Origin: a virus
Taxonomy: Duplodnaviria; Caudoviricetes
IMG/VR virus record: IMGVR_UViG_3300033077_000409
Location: 1 to 41,170 of that record
Length of the DNA stretch: 41,170 nucleotides
Direction: 5' to 3' (one strand)
The notes under the pieces are model-generated. The model ran no database searches. It saw only the letters and a list, made by a program, of their open reading frames with translations, and was not told where the DNA came from. Position numbers and translations under genes: made by a program. This document shows positions 25,607-35,666 of the stretch, one piece after another. Position 1 is the first letter of the stretch. Every line of letters starts with the position of its first letter.

Positions 25607-25947
25607 TGGCAACATTTCCTAGCATCGCGCCTACCTACGGCGCTCAGAAGACCAGCCAGCCTAAGGTTCGGCAGGTGCAATTTGGTGATGGCTATTCGCA
25701 GCGGTTAGCAGTTGGATTAAATCAAAACCCTAAAGTTTGGAGCCTGACATGGGAGGTGTCAGAAACCAATGCTGACACGATCGAAGCATTCCTTGATGCA
25801 CGCGCTGCTGATAGTGCTTCATTTACATGGACGCCACCAGATGAAGCTACTGCCTATCAATGGATCTGTTATGATTGGTCAAAATCTATTCCATATCTAA
25901 ACCGCGCTACAATCCAAGCTACATTCACCCAAGTTTTTGAGCCATGA
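25606..25947 (+). CDS. Minor tail protein M-like (distal tail)
   Basis: QFGDGYSQR..GLN, FL.AR, F.WTPP, ATF.QVFEP. Confidence 0.88.
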   Translation: MATFPSIAPTYGAQKTSQPKVRQVQFGDGYSQRLAVGLNQNPKVWSLTWEVSETNADTIEAFLDARAADSASFTWTPPDEATAYQWICYDWSKSIPYLNRATIQATFTQVFEP

Positions 25948-26366
25948 GCACCATCGTCACACGTTCAGGTAAAGGCAGCCCGCTCACTCACGTTGAAGTG
26001 GATGCTAATTTCACCAACCTCAACACCGACAAGGCTGGGTACATCACTGGCGAAGGTGGCACTGTAACGCAGTCAACGAGCAAGGCTACAGCGGTGACGC
26101 TTAACAAGAAGTGCGGCCAGATCACGATGCACAACGCTTCACTAGCAGCAGCTACTACAGTGACCTTTGTGGTCACCAACAGCACAATTGCAGCAACTGA
26201 TCTCCTGGTGCTTAACCACGTCAGTGGTGGTACGGCTGGATCGTATTTGTTGAACGCTCAAGCGGCAGCCGGATCAGCTTCCATTAACGTCCGCAACATA
26301 ACCGCTGGCTCATTGTCCGAGGCTATTGTGATCGGTTTTGCCGTCATCAAGGCTTCTATCACATAA
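25944..26366 (+). CDS. Short tail appendage protein
   Basis: N-terminal IVTRSGKGSPLT..E.DANFTNLN then a small beta domain; inserted between M and L. Confidence 0.6.
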   Translation: MSTIVTRSGKGSPLTHVEVDANFTNLNTDKAGYITGEGGTVTQSTSKATAVTLNKKCGQITMHNASLAAATTVTFVVTNSTIAATDLLVLNHVSGGTAGSYLLNAQAAAGSASINVRNITAGSLSEAIVIGFAVIKASIT

Positions 26367-26369
26367 AGC

Positions 26370-27167
26370 ATGACTAATGCCGCGATCACAAACGCCATTC
26401 AGGCAATCGCCCCTAGCGCACTAATTGAGCTGTTTCAGCTTGAACTGAACGTGCTACAGCATGGCGTTGCTGAGACGTACTATTTTCATGCTGGCACAAG
26501 CCTAAGCAATAATAGCGACTTAATTTGGAATGGCCAGTCATACACGGCATTACCGATTGAAGTGGAAGGGTTTGAATACAACGGTCAAGGTTCGCTGCCA
26601 CGACCCAAGCTACGCATTAGTAATATCATGGGCACCATCACAGCGTTGATATTAACACTACCAGAGGGATTGGAAGGTGCCAAGCTGACGCGCATTAGGA
26701 CATTGGCGCGATTCATTGATAGTGCCAACTTCCCGGCTGGTGTTGACTACCTGCTGACTGAAGACAGCTTCGCGCTGTTGTATGAAGATGATACATTCAT
26801 TTACCAAGAAGTTGGCAACCCATTTGGTACGCCTGATCCAACTGCTGAGTTCCCGCGGGAGATTTATTTTGTGGATCGTAAATCAGCGGAGAATCGTGAT
26901 GTAGTGGAATTTGAACTTGCCAGTGCGTTTGATATGGCAGGCATCCGTGCACCAAAACGTCAGTGCATTACTCGTTGCCAGTGGGTGTACCGTTCAGTTG
27001 AATGCAGCTACACCGGCACCAACTATTTTAACGTAAGTGATGTCGCTGTAGGTAACGCAAGCCAAGACGTATGTGGCAAGCGCGTTGATAGTTGCAAGGC
27101 AAGATTTGGCCAGAACTCTGAGCTACCCCACGGGGGATTCGTTGGTATCGGCACCTACTTCACATGA
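26370..27167 (+). CDS. Minor tail protein L-like
   Basis: IELF.L, P.E.EGFE, LPRP.L, RT.A.F.D..NF, FELAS, C.W.YR..EC.Y, D.CGK....CK.RFG. Confidence 0.9.
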   Translation: MTNAAITNAIQAIAPSALIELFQLELNVLQHGVAETYYFHAGTSLSNNSDLIWNGQSYTALPIEVEGFEYNGQGSLPRPKLRISNIMGTITALILTLPEGLEGAKLTRIRTLARFIDSANFPAGVDYLLTEDSFALLYEDDTFIYQEVGNPFGTPDPTAEFPREIYFVDRKSAENRDVVEFELASAFDMAGIRAPKRQCITRCQWVYRSVECSYTGTNYFNVSDVAVGNASQDVCGKRVDSCKARFGQNSELPHGGFVGIGTYFT

Positions 27168-27865
27168 CCTGGAAAGACGCTGCATTAGAACATGCTCAGT
27201 CCGAAGATCCCCGCGAGGCGTGTGGCTTGGTGGTGATCGTCAAAGGCCGCAAACGCTACTGGCCGTGCCGCAATCTTGCCACCCAGCCCGAGCAGCTATT
27301 CGTGCTGGATCCAGGGGATTACGCCGCTGCCGAGGATGCAGGTGAGATTGCTGCCATTGTCCACAGCCATCCCATCACCATGCCACTACCCAGCGAGGCC
27401 GATAAGGTGGCCGCAGAGGCCTCTGGACTGCCGTGGCATATCGTCAACCCAAAGACCAAGGCATGGGGCCTGTACGTGCCTTGTGGGTACCGCTCACCGT
27501 TGATTGGGAGGCAATGGGTGTGGGCCGTGCAGGATTGCTGGACCTTAGCGCGGGATTGGTACAGAGAGAATGGCATCGCATTGCGTGATTGGCAGCGACC
27601 AACGGATCCAGCGGATTTCCTTGCTGCACCGATGTTTGAAGGCTGCTGGGCTTCCACTGGATTTCGGGAGCTTGAAGAAGATGAGCACCTCGAAAGCGGT
27701 GACCTGCTGCTGATGTCAATCAATGCACCCGGCTTAAACCATTGCGCTGTCTACATCGGTGATGGCATGGTGCTGCATCATTTGCAAAGTCGCCTGAGCA
27801 GCCGGGACATGTATGGCGGCTGGTTAGCTAAGATGACTGGTAGGAGGTTGCGTTATGCTTCGTAA
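27164..27865 (+). CDS. Tail assembly protein K-like (JAB plus NlpC/P60)
   Basis: EACG, HSHP...PS..D, DCWTL.RDWY, NHCAVY, HH. Confidence 0.9.
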   Translation: MTWKDAALEHAQSEDPREACGLVVIVKGRKRYWPCRNLATQPEQLFVLDPGDYAAAEDAGEIAAIVHSHPITMPLPSEADKVAAEASGLPWHIVNPKTKAWGLYVPCGYRSPLIGRQWVWAVQDCWTLARDWYRENGIALRDWQRPTDPADFLAAPMFEGCWASTGFRELEEDEHLESGDLLLMSINAPGLNHCAVYIGDGMVLHHLQSRLSSRDMYGGWLAKMTGRRLRYAS

Positions 27866-28475
27866 GATCAAGCTCTACGGCCAACTGGCTAAGTTCATTG
27901 GCAAGCGTGTGCTTGAGGCAGACGTGGCCACTGCGGCAGAAGCAGTGCGAATGCTGGCGGCCAATTTTCCCGGCCTTGAGAAGCACATGGCAGACCAGCA
28001 CTACCGCGTGACGGTAGGCACCTACGACCTGGCGTTAGATGAAATCCATGATCCAGCCGGCCAGCAGGACATCATGATCGTTCCGGTGATGGCTGGTGCT
28101 GGTGGTGGTTTTGGCAAGATCTTGGCAGGTATTGCTTTAATTGCACTGGCGTTCATTCCTGGATTTGGCTTTGCCGCCGCTGCCGCCGCTACTGCTACCA
28201 CAGCAGCAACAGCAGCAGGATTTACGGCAATTGGGTCAGCATTATTCAGCATTGGTTTAAGCCTCACTCTTACTGGTGTTGCCCAGTTAATTAGCCCAGT
28301 CCCCAAGGTACCCCAAGGCCCTAGCAGCGACAACGATCCACGCAAGACCTTCAACTTCTCAGGCATCCAGCAAACATCACGTCAAGGCGTGCCAGTCCCT
28401 TGCGTTTACGGCCTTACGCTGGTTGGCAGCGTGGTGATTTCCGCTGGCACTGACACCGTGCAGGTGCAAGCATGA
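27855..28475 (+). CDS. Tail assembly protein I-like
   Basis: LYG.L, AEAVR.L, IVPV.AGAG, FSG....QG.PVP..YG...GS.VIS. Confidence 0.9.
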   Translation: MLRKIKLYGQLAKFIGKRVLEADVATAAEAVRMLAANFPGLEKHMADQHYRVTVGTYDLALDEIHDPAGQQDIMIVPVMAGAGGGFGKILAGIALIALAFIPGFGFAAAAAATATTAATAAGFTAIGSALFSIGLSLTLTGVAQLISPVPKVPQGPSSDNDPRKTFNFSGIQQTSRQGVPVPCVYGLTLVGSVVISAGTDTVQVQA

Positions 28476-31400
28476 CAATCATCGGTGCTGGTGGTGGCGA
28501 TGGCGGCAAAGGTGGTGGTGGAGGCAGTAGCCGTACACCATCAACGGCACCTGACAGCCTTGATTCAAGGCAGTATGCCAACGTCATTGACCTCATCTCA
28601 GAAGGCGAAATTGAAGGTTTGGCTGATGGCTTTAAGTCAATCTTCCTCAACAACACCGTTCTACAGAATCCGGACGGCACATATAACTTTCAAGATGTAA
28701 CCATCTATACACGCAATGGCACACAAAATCAAACCTACATACCATTGTCTTCGGGCGTAGAAGATGAGAAGTCTGTTGGCATTACAGTTGTAAAAACTGT
28801 GCCACAAGTTCGCACCATCACTGATGTGGATGTTGATGCTGTTCGCATTACGATCGCCATCCCATCGCTTCAACAAATCAACAACACCAATGGCGACACG
28901 TCAGGCGCTAGCGTACGGCTGCAAATTGCCGTGCAGTATCAAGGCGGTGGCTATACAACCAAGATTGATGACACCATTAGTGGTCGCACAGCAGATGAAT
29001 ACCGCAAAGACTATTTGATTGAGCTAGTGCGTCCCAACCCTTCAGACATTGTTGACATTAAAGTAACACGCATCACGGATGACAGCACTGATTCATTGCT
29101 GGCCAATGCCTTCAACTGGAATAGCTACACTGAAATTATATGGGCAAAATTAACCTACCCCAATAGCGCATTAGTTGGCATCAGAGTGGATGCTGAGCAA
29201 TTTAGCAGCATCCCATCGCGTAGCTACCTAATCAAAGGGATCAAGGTGCAAATCCCCAGTGGTGCCACGGTTGACGCAGCCACTGGGCGAATCATCTATC
29301 CAGACAACTTTATTTGGAATGGCACATTTTCTGCTGCCACATGGACATCATGCCCAGCATGGATATTGTTTGACTTGCTAACCAGCACACGCTATGGATT
29401 TGGCAATCACATTGCCGCGTCACAATTGGATAAATGGGCATTTTTTGCCGCCAGTAAATATGCCAATGCACTGGTTGATGATGGCTTTGGCGGTCAGGAA
29501 GCTCGCTTTAGTTGCAACACTTCCATTCAAACCGCAGAAGAAGCATACAAGCTCGTCAATGACTTGCTATCAGTTATGCGCTGCCAAGCCTATTGGGAAG
29601 TTGGTAGCCTGACCATTGCGCAAGATGCACCATCAGATCCCGTCTATTTGTTCAACCAAGCGAATGTAACGCCCGAGGGTTTTAGCTATAGCGGCAGTAG
29701 TTTGAAAATCAGGCCTAACGTAGCAGTGGTCAGCTACCTAGATCTAAACCTGAGGGACACTGCCTTTGAGGTGGTTGAAGACACTGATGCAATTGCCAAA
29801 TATGGCGTGGTCAAGTCTGAGATTAGCGCCTTTGCTTGCACCAGCAGAGGCCAGGCCAATCGCATTGGCCGCTGGTTGCTGTTCTCCGAACGCTACGAGA
29901 AGGAAGTATGCACCTTTGCGTCAAGCCTTGACGCAGGGCAGCAGGTACGGCCTGGGCAGATCATCCTGATCTCTGATCCAGTGCGGGCAGGATCGCGTCG
30001 TGCTGGTCGCATCAATGCAGCAACCACTACTGTGATTACGGTTGATGATTCTACTGATACTGACCTAAGCATTGAAGGCGGTTCATTGCTCAGCGTAATC
30101 CTGCCTGATGGCAGCGTAGAACAGCGCGAGATTTCAACAGTTGTTGGCAGCGTGATTACCTTGCAGGCTGCATTAAGTGCAGCGCCTAATGCCAACAGCA
30201 TATGGATACTGGAAAGCCCATCACTGCAATCTTCCACATGGCGCGTGATTGGCATCAACGAATCAGATGGCATCAACTATGGCATCACTGCCATTGCACA
30301 TAATGAAAGCAAGTATGCCTACATAGAAGATGGCGCACCGCTTGCATTTAGGGACATCACCAATCTGAACGTAATTCCTGCGCAACCCAGTGAACTGGCG
30401 GTTATTAGTGTCACTCAACTTGGCGGTGAAACAAGCCCAGAAGTGCAATATGAGCTGAATGGACGCATTGCCGTTAAGATCACATTTGGTTGGTTTGCAC
30501 CGCAGGGCATCAAGAAATTTAGAGTTAAGTGGCGCCATGAAGATGACAACTTCACAACGCTAACAGTACAAGGCACTACGTTCGACATCCTTGATGTAAA
30601 GCCTGGCAACTATCAAATTCAAGTGAGCAGCATCAGTTCAACTGGCCTATTGTTTAGTGAGCCTGCATTAGCCAACTACACAGTGGCCGGGCTTGGTGCG
30701 GCACCATCAGATGTGAGAGACCTTAGCGCCATTGCCACCAGCGAGGACATGCTAATCCTAACTTGGAGGCAAGCGTCAGAGCTTGACGTGCAGGTAGGTG
30801 GCCGCGTCATCATTCGCCACGACCCACGGGCATTGGCAAGTGCTGAATGGAACAGCAGCAATGATGTGGTGCAAGCAGTAGCTGGTAGCTCAACGCAAAA
30901 GCAAGTGCCACTACTGCCCGGCACCTATTTCTTGAAGTTTGAAGACTTCCTAGGTAACCGCTCAACAATAGCAACTGGCGTTGAAATAACACTGCCAGAA
31001 CCTGAGTCTCGCGTTGCAGCAAAAACATGGGCAGAGCAAAGTCTTGCCACGCCATTCAGCGGCACCAAAACAAACTGCGCCTATGATGCGGGCGAGGCAG
31101 CATTGGTGCTAACGCCAAACATCTATGTCAGCCCGGACTACTGGGAGACGATTTACTGCGCGGGTGACTGCGGAGCAGAATACCAATTCCAAGATACTTT
31201 TGATCTTGGCGATGTCTATGATTTCCGCATTAGGCGCTACATTGTCAGCTACCCATTGGTATTTTCAACATTATTTGATGCCATCAGTGGTGATTTTGAT
31301 GCACAGTCCGGCTTCTTTGATGGCACCGTAGCAGATCAAATTAATGTGGCAACTTATGTACGCACTACGTTAGACAATCCAGCCGGATCACCCACATGGG

Positions 31401-31807
31401 GGCCATGGACTGAATTTGTAAGTGGCATGATCCGTGGTCGTGGTGTTCAATTAAAAGCCATTTTTTCCACTGAGACAGAATTGATTGGTGTGGCCATTGA
31501 TGAACTTGGCGCAACGCTGGAACTAACGAGGCGCGTGACTACTAGCCTGACCACTCAAGCCAGTAGCAGCAGTGCAGTGACTAGCATTACATTCCCCAAT
31601 GCGTTTTATAAGGCAGTGACTGTTGGTGATCCATACTACAACTTGCTGCCAAGCGTTGGAGTGACGGCATTATCAATTGGAGCAAACACTCATGCGGAAA
31701 TCACAAACCTAAGCCGCACGGGCTTCAACGTTGAATTTTTGCAAGGCGGCAGCAGGCAAGTGGTAAACTTCACCTATAATGCAGTTGGTTACGGACGCGC
31801 TTTCTAA
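28472..31807 (+). CDS. Central tail tip/host specificity protein J-like
   Basis: 1111 aa; D.ISEGEIEG, YPNSA, W...PAW..FDLLT..RYG.G, CTSRGQA.R.G.W.L, FN3-like repeats. Confidence 0.92.
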   Translation: MTIIGAGGGDGGKGGGGGSSRTPSTAPDSLDSRQYANVIDLISEGEIEGLADGFKSIFLNNTVLQNPDGTYNFQDVTIYTRNGTQNQTYIPLSSGVEDEKSVGITVVKTVPQVRTITDVDVDAVRITIAIPSLQQINNTNGDTSGASVRLQIAVQYQGGGYTTKIDDTISGRTADEYRKDYLIELVRPNPSDIVDIKVTRITDDSTDSLLANAFNWNSYTEIIWAKLTYPNSALVGIRVDAEQFSSIPSRSYLIKGIKVQIPSGATVDAATGRIIYPDNFIWNGTFSAATWTSCPAWILFDLLTSTRYGFGNHIAASQLDKWAFFAASKYANALVDDGFGGQEARFSCNTSIQTAEEAYKLVNDLLSVMRCQAYWEVGSLTIAQDAPSDPVYLFNQANVTPEGFSYSGSSLKIRPNVAVVSYLDLNLRDTAFEVVEDTDAIAKYGVVKSEISAFACTSRGQANRIGRWLLFSERYEKEVCTFASSLDAGQQVRPGQIILISDPVRAGSRRAGRINAATTTVITVDDSTDTDLSIEGGSLLSVILPDGSVEQREISTVVGSVITLQAALSAAPNANSIWILESPSLQSSTWRVIGINESDGINYGITAIAHNESKYAYIEDGAPLAFRDITNLNVIPAQPSELAVISVTQLGGETSPEVQYELNGRIAVKITFGWFAPQGIKKFRVKWRHEDDNFTTLTVQGTTFDILDVKPGNYQIQVSSISSTGLLFSEPALANYTVAGLGAAPSDVRDLSAIATSEDMLILTWRQASELDVQVGGRVIIRHDPRALASAEWNSSNDVVQAVAGSSTQKQVPLLPGTYFLKFEDFLGNRSTIATGVEITLPEPESRVAAKTWAEQSLATPFSGTKTNCAYDAGEAALVLTPNIYVSPDYWETIYCAGDCGAEYQFQDTFDLGDVYDFRIRRYIVSYPLVFSTLFDAISGDFDAQSGFFDGTVADQINVATYVRTTLDNPAGSPTWGPWTEFVSGMIRGRGVQLKAIFSTETELIGVAIDELGATLELTRRVTTSLTTQASSSSAVTSITFPNAFYKAVTVGDPYYNLLPSVGVTALSIGANTHAEITNLSRTGFNVEFLQGGSRQVVNFTYNAVGYGRAF

Positions 31808-32757
31808 TGGCTCAATCCGATCAGGTGGTACAAAATGCGACGTTTCCAAGCGTTCGCGCAGACATCAACGACAACCTTGCGGCGTTATTCAGCCAAAGCA
31901 GCGGCAACAGCGCACCGTCTGTAACCGTTGCCTTTCAGCCATGGGTGGATACCAGCAGCAGCCCGCCCGTATGGAAAGTACGCAATGGATCCAATACTGC
32001 ATGGATCACCGTAGGCGTACTCGATCCTGCTGGCTTCAATGCTGGCGGCGTCACGGCAATCGCTAATGGCGGCACAGGTGCGATCACAGCAGCACTGGCG
32101 CTAGCAGCATTGCTCCCAAGTCAAAGTGGCAATGCAGGTAAGGCGCTGGTGACAAGTGGTAGTGCTGCATCATGGGGCACTGTTGCATCAGGCGCCTCCA
32201 TTCAAGTGTTCACAGCAAACGGCACCTACACGCCAACAGCAGGCAAGACGACATTCTTGGTATTTGCCACTGGTGGCGGCGGTGGCGGCGGTGGCGGCGG
32301 TACTGGTGATGGCAGCGGCAACAGCGGCGGCAACGGCGGTGGTGGCGGTGGTGGTGGGACTGGATTCAGACTTTATACAAGCACTGAAATGGGCAGCACT
32401 GCTGCTATTTCTGTGGGTGGTGCCGGTGGTGGTGGCACTGCTGGCAATGGCGGCTTTGGTGGCAATGGCGGCAATGGCGGCACGTCGCAATTTGACCCTA
32501 GTGGGACAGGGTTAACGCTGCAAGGGATTGGTGGTGGCGGCGGTGGCGCTGGTGGGCCTAGTTATAACGGTGGCGACGGTGGCGGTGGTGGTAGTTCTAA
32601 TTCTTATTTTGCTATCACAGGTTATGACGGCAGCATTAAGGGCAGTTTATGGGCGGCTGGCACTGGCCGTGGCGGCTACGGTGGTGGTGGTGGTGAAAAT
32701 AATGCCGGTGCAGGCACTGTAGGCACTGCCGGCGTTGTCTTTATCCTTGAGTGGTAA
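31807..32757 (+). CDS. Tail fibre/adhesin with glycine-rich C-terminal domain
   Basis: VRADIN..L.AL N-terminal anchor; FT..GTYTP, long Gly runs, ending GVVFILEW. Confidence 0.75.
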   Translation: MAQSDQVVQNATFPSVRADINDNLAALFSQSSGNSAPSVTVAFQPWVDTSSSPPVWKVRNGSNTAWITVGVLDPAGFNAGGVTAIANGGTGAITAALALAALLPSQSGNAGKALVTSGSAASWGTVASGASIQVFTANGTYTPTAGKTTFLVFATGGGGGGGGGGTGDGSGNSGGNGGGGGGGGTGFRLYTSTEMGSTAAISVGGAGGGGTAGNGGFGGNGGNGGTSQFDPSGTGLTLQGIGGGGGGAGGPSYNGGDGGGGGSSNSYFAITGYDGSIKGSLWAAGTGRGGYGGGGGENNAGAGTVGTAGVVFILEW

Positions 32758-32775
32758 CTGAGCTAGACTACTCCC

Positions 32776-34032
32776 ATGGCTAACCGCAAAATTTCAGACC
32801 TGACAGCACTGACCGCAACAGCGACTGGTGACTTGCTGCCAATTGTTGATATTAGTGAGGCAGCAGCAGCAGATAAGAACAAGAAGATTACAATTGAAAA
32901 GCTGTTCCAGGGTATCCCTGGTAACGTAGGGATTGGCACTACGAACCCTGCCTATGCGCTTGACGTCGCAAGTTCAGTTGTTCAAGTTGGTAACTCAACT
33001 GACGCATTTATTCAATATAAATCAACCGCAGGTAACTGGCATGTAGGGGCTGTAAACTCCAATGCTTATGTGTTCTATAGCGGCACATATGGAAGTGGCT
33101 CCGAACGCGCCCGCATCGACTCCAGCGGCAGGCTCTTGGTGGGGACGTCTATTGCGCGTGCTAATTTCTTCAACACTATTGTTTCGCCACAGTTTCAAAT
33201 TGAAGGAGCCGGTGATTTTGACCGTCAAGCAGCAATTATTAGCTCGTCAAGCACTGCAGCTTTTGGCGGAGTACAGATTTTAGCCCACCAAAAAAGTGGC
33301 GCCATTGGCGGAAATACGATTCTTGCAAGCGGAGACGCACTTGGTACTACCTCGTTCCAAGGGAGTGACGGTACTCAGTTTGTAGAGGGTGCTCGTATTG
33401 AGGCTTTTGTAGACGGCACCCCTGGCGCTGATGACATGCCAGGCCGCCTAGTGTTCTCCGTTACGCCAGATGGGGGCAGTTCACCAACTACGTCGCCTTC
33501 GGCAATGACCATCAATAGTGGTCAAGAAGTTCTGATTGGCTACAGCACCGACAACGGAGCATACAAACTTCAGGTTAATAGTCAAATCTTTGCCACTAGC
33601 GCGACTGTCGCTACTTCAGATGGTCGTTACAAAGAAAACGTAGCCACACTCGATGACTGCGTGGATCTGGTTAAGGCACTTCGCCCCGTATCGTTTGACT
33701 GGAAGCACCAAGAACCGATCACGCGGATCAACGAAGAAGGGGAAACAGTTGTCGTTCGAGAGGCTCACAACTTCCCTGACGGCACTCAAGTTGGTTTCAT
33801 TGCTCAGGAGGTGCAAGAGGTTCTGGCAGAGAAACCTTGGTTGACCAGCGTTATTAAACAAAATGTACGTCCTGCTGTAAATGATTCTGATGGCAACGAA
33901 CTGGCGCCTGAGGAAGAGTTCTTTGGCATTGCTGAGGGCAATCTGGTGGCGGTGCTTACGTCTGCGCTCCAGGAAGCCATCGCCAAGATTGAAGCCTTAG
34001 AAGCCCGTCTAACTGCGGCTGGCATTGCGTAG
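32776..34032 (+). CDS. Tail fibre with C-terminal intramolecular chaperone (peptidase S74-like)
   Basis: GNVGIGTT.P and ERARIDSSGRLLVG repeats; TSD.RYKEN, GFIAQEV and terminal coiled coil. Confidence 0.85.
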   Translation: MANRKISDLTALTATATGDLLPIVDISEAAAADKNKKITIEKLFQGIPGNVGIGTTNPAYALDVASSVVQVGNSTDAFIQYKSTAGNWHVGAVNSNAYVFYSGTYGSGSERARIDSSGRLLVGTSIARANFFNTIVSPQFQIEGAGDFDRQAAIISSSSTAAFGGVQILAHQKSGAIGGNTILASGDALGTTSFQGSDGTQFVEGARIEAFVDGTPGADDMPGRLVFSVTPDGGSSPTTSPSAMTINSGQEVLIGYSTDNGAYKLQVNSQIFATSATVATSDGRYKENVATLDDCVDLVKALRPVSFDWKHQEPITRINEEGETVVVREAHNFPDGTQVGFIAQEVQEVLAEKPWLTSVIKQNVRPAVNDSDGNELAPEEEFFGIAEGNLVAVLTSALQEAIAKIEALEARLTAAGIA

Positions 34033-34081
34033 TCGCGCCAAGCCCGTAAGTCAACGCCACTACCCACCACACCACACCACC

Positions 34082-34381
34082 ATGACCACCTCCTACACCT
34101 GGGCCATCGCCAACCTTGAGCGCCACACGGCTGACGGCATCGTCTTTACCGTGCATTGGACCGTATCTGCCAACGACGGCACCTACGCCAGCTCCGCCTA
34201 CGGCTCCATCGGACTGGAGCAGCCTGAGGGCAGCATCATCCCCTACGCCGACTTGACCCCCGAGATCGTGATCGGCTGGGTCCAAGACAAGCTAGACGTG
34301 CCTGCCATCGAGGCAGCACTCCAAGCGCAATTGGATGAACAGGCTGCACCTACCAAGGCTGCTGGTGTCCCTTGGGCGTAA
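34082..34381 (+). CDS. Small fibre-associated protein
   Basis: TW.IANLER, VHW, IPYADLT...V.GWV, G.PW end; follows the fibre gene. Confidence 0.7.
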   Translation: MTTSYTWAIANLERHTADGIVFTVHWTVSANDGTYASSAYGSIGLEQPEGSIIPYADLTPEIVIGWVQDKLDVPAIEAALQAQLDEQAAPTKAAGVPWA

Positions 34382-34538
34382 GGCATGGCGCCTATGGTGC
34401 CTAGCCATCGGTGAGAAGGCTGGGCGCCATGACCGCGAGGCCGACGCTGTAGCTGTTGTCAGGACACTGATCCTGCTGAGCTATATCGGCACCAATGCCT
34501 GCATCGTGGCTGGTGTCCTGCGGCATTGGGGCGGCTAA
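34365..34538 (+). CDS. Small membrane protein
   Basis: WRLWC.A.GEK...AD.VA..RT.I...Y...N..IVAGV.RHW; start uncertain. Confidence 0.5.
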   Translation: MSLGRKAWRLWCLAIGEKAGRHDREADAVAVVRTLILLSYIGTNACIVAGVLRHWGG

Positions 34539-34571
34539 ACTGCAATTAAGACGCAATGCACCTTTAAGGCC

Positions 34572-34889
34572 GTGGTCGAGAATCTGATCGTCGGTCTTGC
34601 CTGCCTAGTGCTTGGTGGTGTTGGTGGCAGCGCATCACGGTGGGTTGCGGCGCGTGGTAGCGAGGATGAAAAAGCCAATATCGCCATCGTCAAGCTCAGT
34701 GCTGGCGTGGAGCATATTGCATCTGAGCTTACTGCTATCCGTGAAGACATGCGCACCGATCGCCGTGAGCTATTTGGCAGGCTTGGTACGGCAGAGCAAC
34801 GCATTGCTAAACTAGAGGCACACCGTCAGATCCAAGATGGACGCCAACACAGCAGCAGCTATCGCGATTGGAGTGGCAGCATCAAGTGA
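34572..34889 (+). CDS. Membrane-anchored coiled-coil protein of the lysis region
   Basis: N-terminal TM helix then coiled coil ending RL..AEQRIAKLE. Confidence 0.6.
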   Translation: MVENLIVGLACLVLGGVGGSASRWVAARGSEDEKANIAIVKLSAGVEHIASELTAIREDMRTDRRELFGRLGTAEQRIAKLEAHRQIQDGRQHSSSYRDWSGSIK

Positions 34890-34980
34890 GTTGCTGGCAT
34901 TGAGTCCACTAAAAGCCAACAGCAACATCCAACTAATCCTGCAAGTGCTGTCACTTGTATTCCCAAAGCGCCGCAAGTGA
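34837..34980 (+). CDS. Putative holin-like peptide (47 aa)
   Basis: MDANTAAAIAIGVAASSELLALSPLKANSNIQLILQVLSLVFPKRRK; basic tail; GTGA overlap with the endolysin. Confidence 0.55.
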   Translation: MDANTAAAIAIGVAASSELLALSPLKANSNIQLILQVLSLVFPKRRK

Positions 34981-35666
34981 GTAATACCTCACCCATTACA
35001 TTAGATCAACTATTTCGCAACAACCGCAACCTACCGCACCAACTTGCGGCAATCGCTGAGCTGGAGCAGGACATCCGCATAAACGGCTATGACGTTGCAA
35101 TGCGTCGCAGCCGGCCATGGTTTAGCGTATGGAGCCAAGCTGGCAAGCAATCAAATCCGCTGCCAGTGCCATACCAGTCGCAACGCGACAACTACCGCGA
35201 TGCAAACCGGACTTGCTTCAGCTCCAGTTGCGCCATGTTGCTGATGACCTTAAAGCCAGGCGCCATCCATTCGGATGATGACTACATAAAAACCGTCTTC
35301 AGCATTGGCGACACCACCGAAGCATCGGTGCAGCTCAAGGCACTAGCCAAATACGGCATCAAGGCCCGCTTCGAAACTGGCGGCAACCGTGCGCTAATCA
35401 AGCGGCAAATTGATGCTGGCAAGCCAGTTCCCGCTGGATTTTTGCATCATGGTTCGGTATCGGCGCCCAGTGGTGGTGGACACTGGCTTTGCATTATCGG
35501 GTATGACGCCACCGGCTATTGGGTAAATGATCCATGGGGTGAAATGAACGTAGCTACTGGCACCTACGGCAGCACCGTAGGCTCCAAGCTGCACTACAGT
35601 TACGCAAACTGGGAGCCACGTTGGATGGTAGACGGTCCGTCAACAGGTTGGTGCATTATCGCATGA
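34977..35666 (+). CDS. C39-like cysteine peptidase, putative endolysin
   Basis: VPYQSQ.D, CFSSSCAM, GGHW...GY, NDPWG catalytic Cys/His/Asp pattern. Confidence 0.8.
   Translation: MSNTSPITLDQLFRNNRNLPHQLAAIAELEQDIRINGYDVAMRRSRPWFSVWSQAGKQSNPLPVPYQSQRDNYRDANRTCFSSSCAMLLMTLKPGAIHSDDDYIKTVFSIGDTTEASVQLKALAKYGIKARFETGGNRALIKRQIDAGKPVPAGFLHHGSVSAPSGGGHWLCIIGYDATGYWVNDPWGEMNVATGTYGSTVGSKLHYSYANWEPRWMVDGPSTGWCIIA

Noticed and set aside
32270-32700. GGT/GGC tandem repeats as a DNA repeat element
   Set aside because: Fully explained by polyglycine coding with mixed synonymous codons.
19279-34032. Diversity-generating retroelement or invertible fibre cassette
   Set aside because: No reverse transcriptase, no template/variable repeat pair and no invertase seen.
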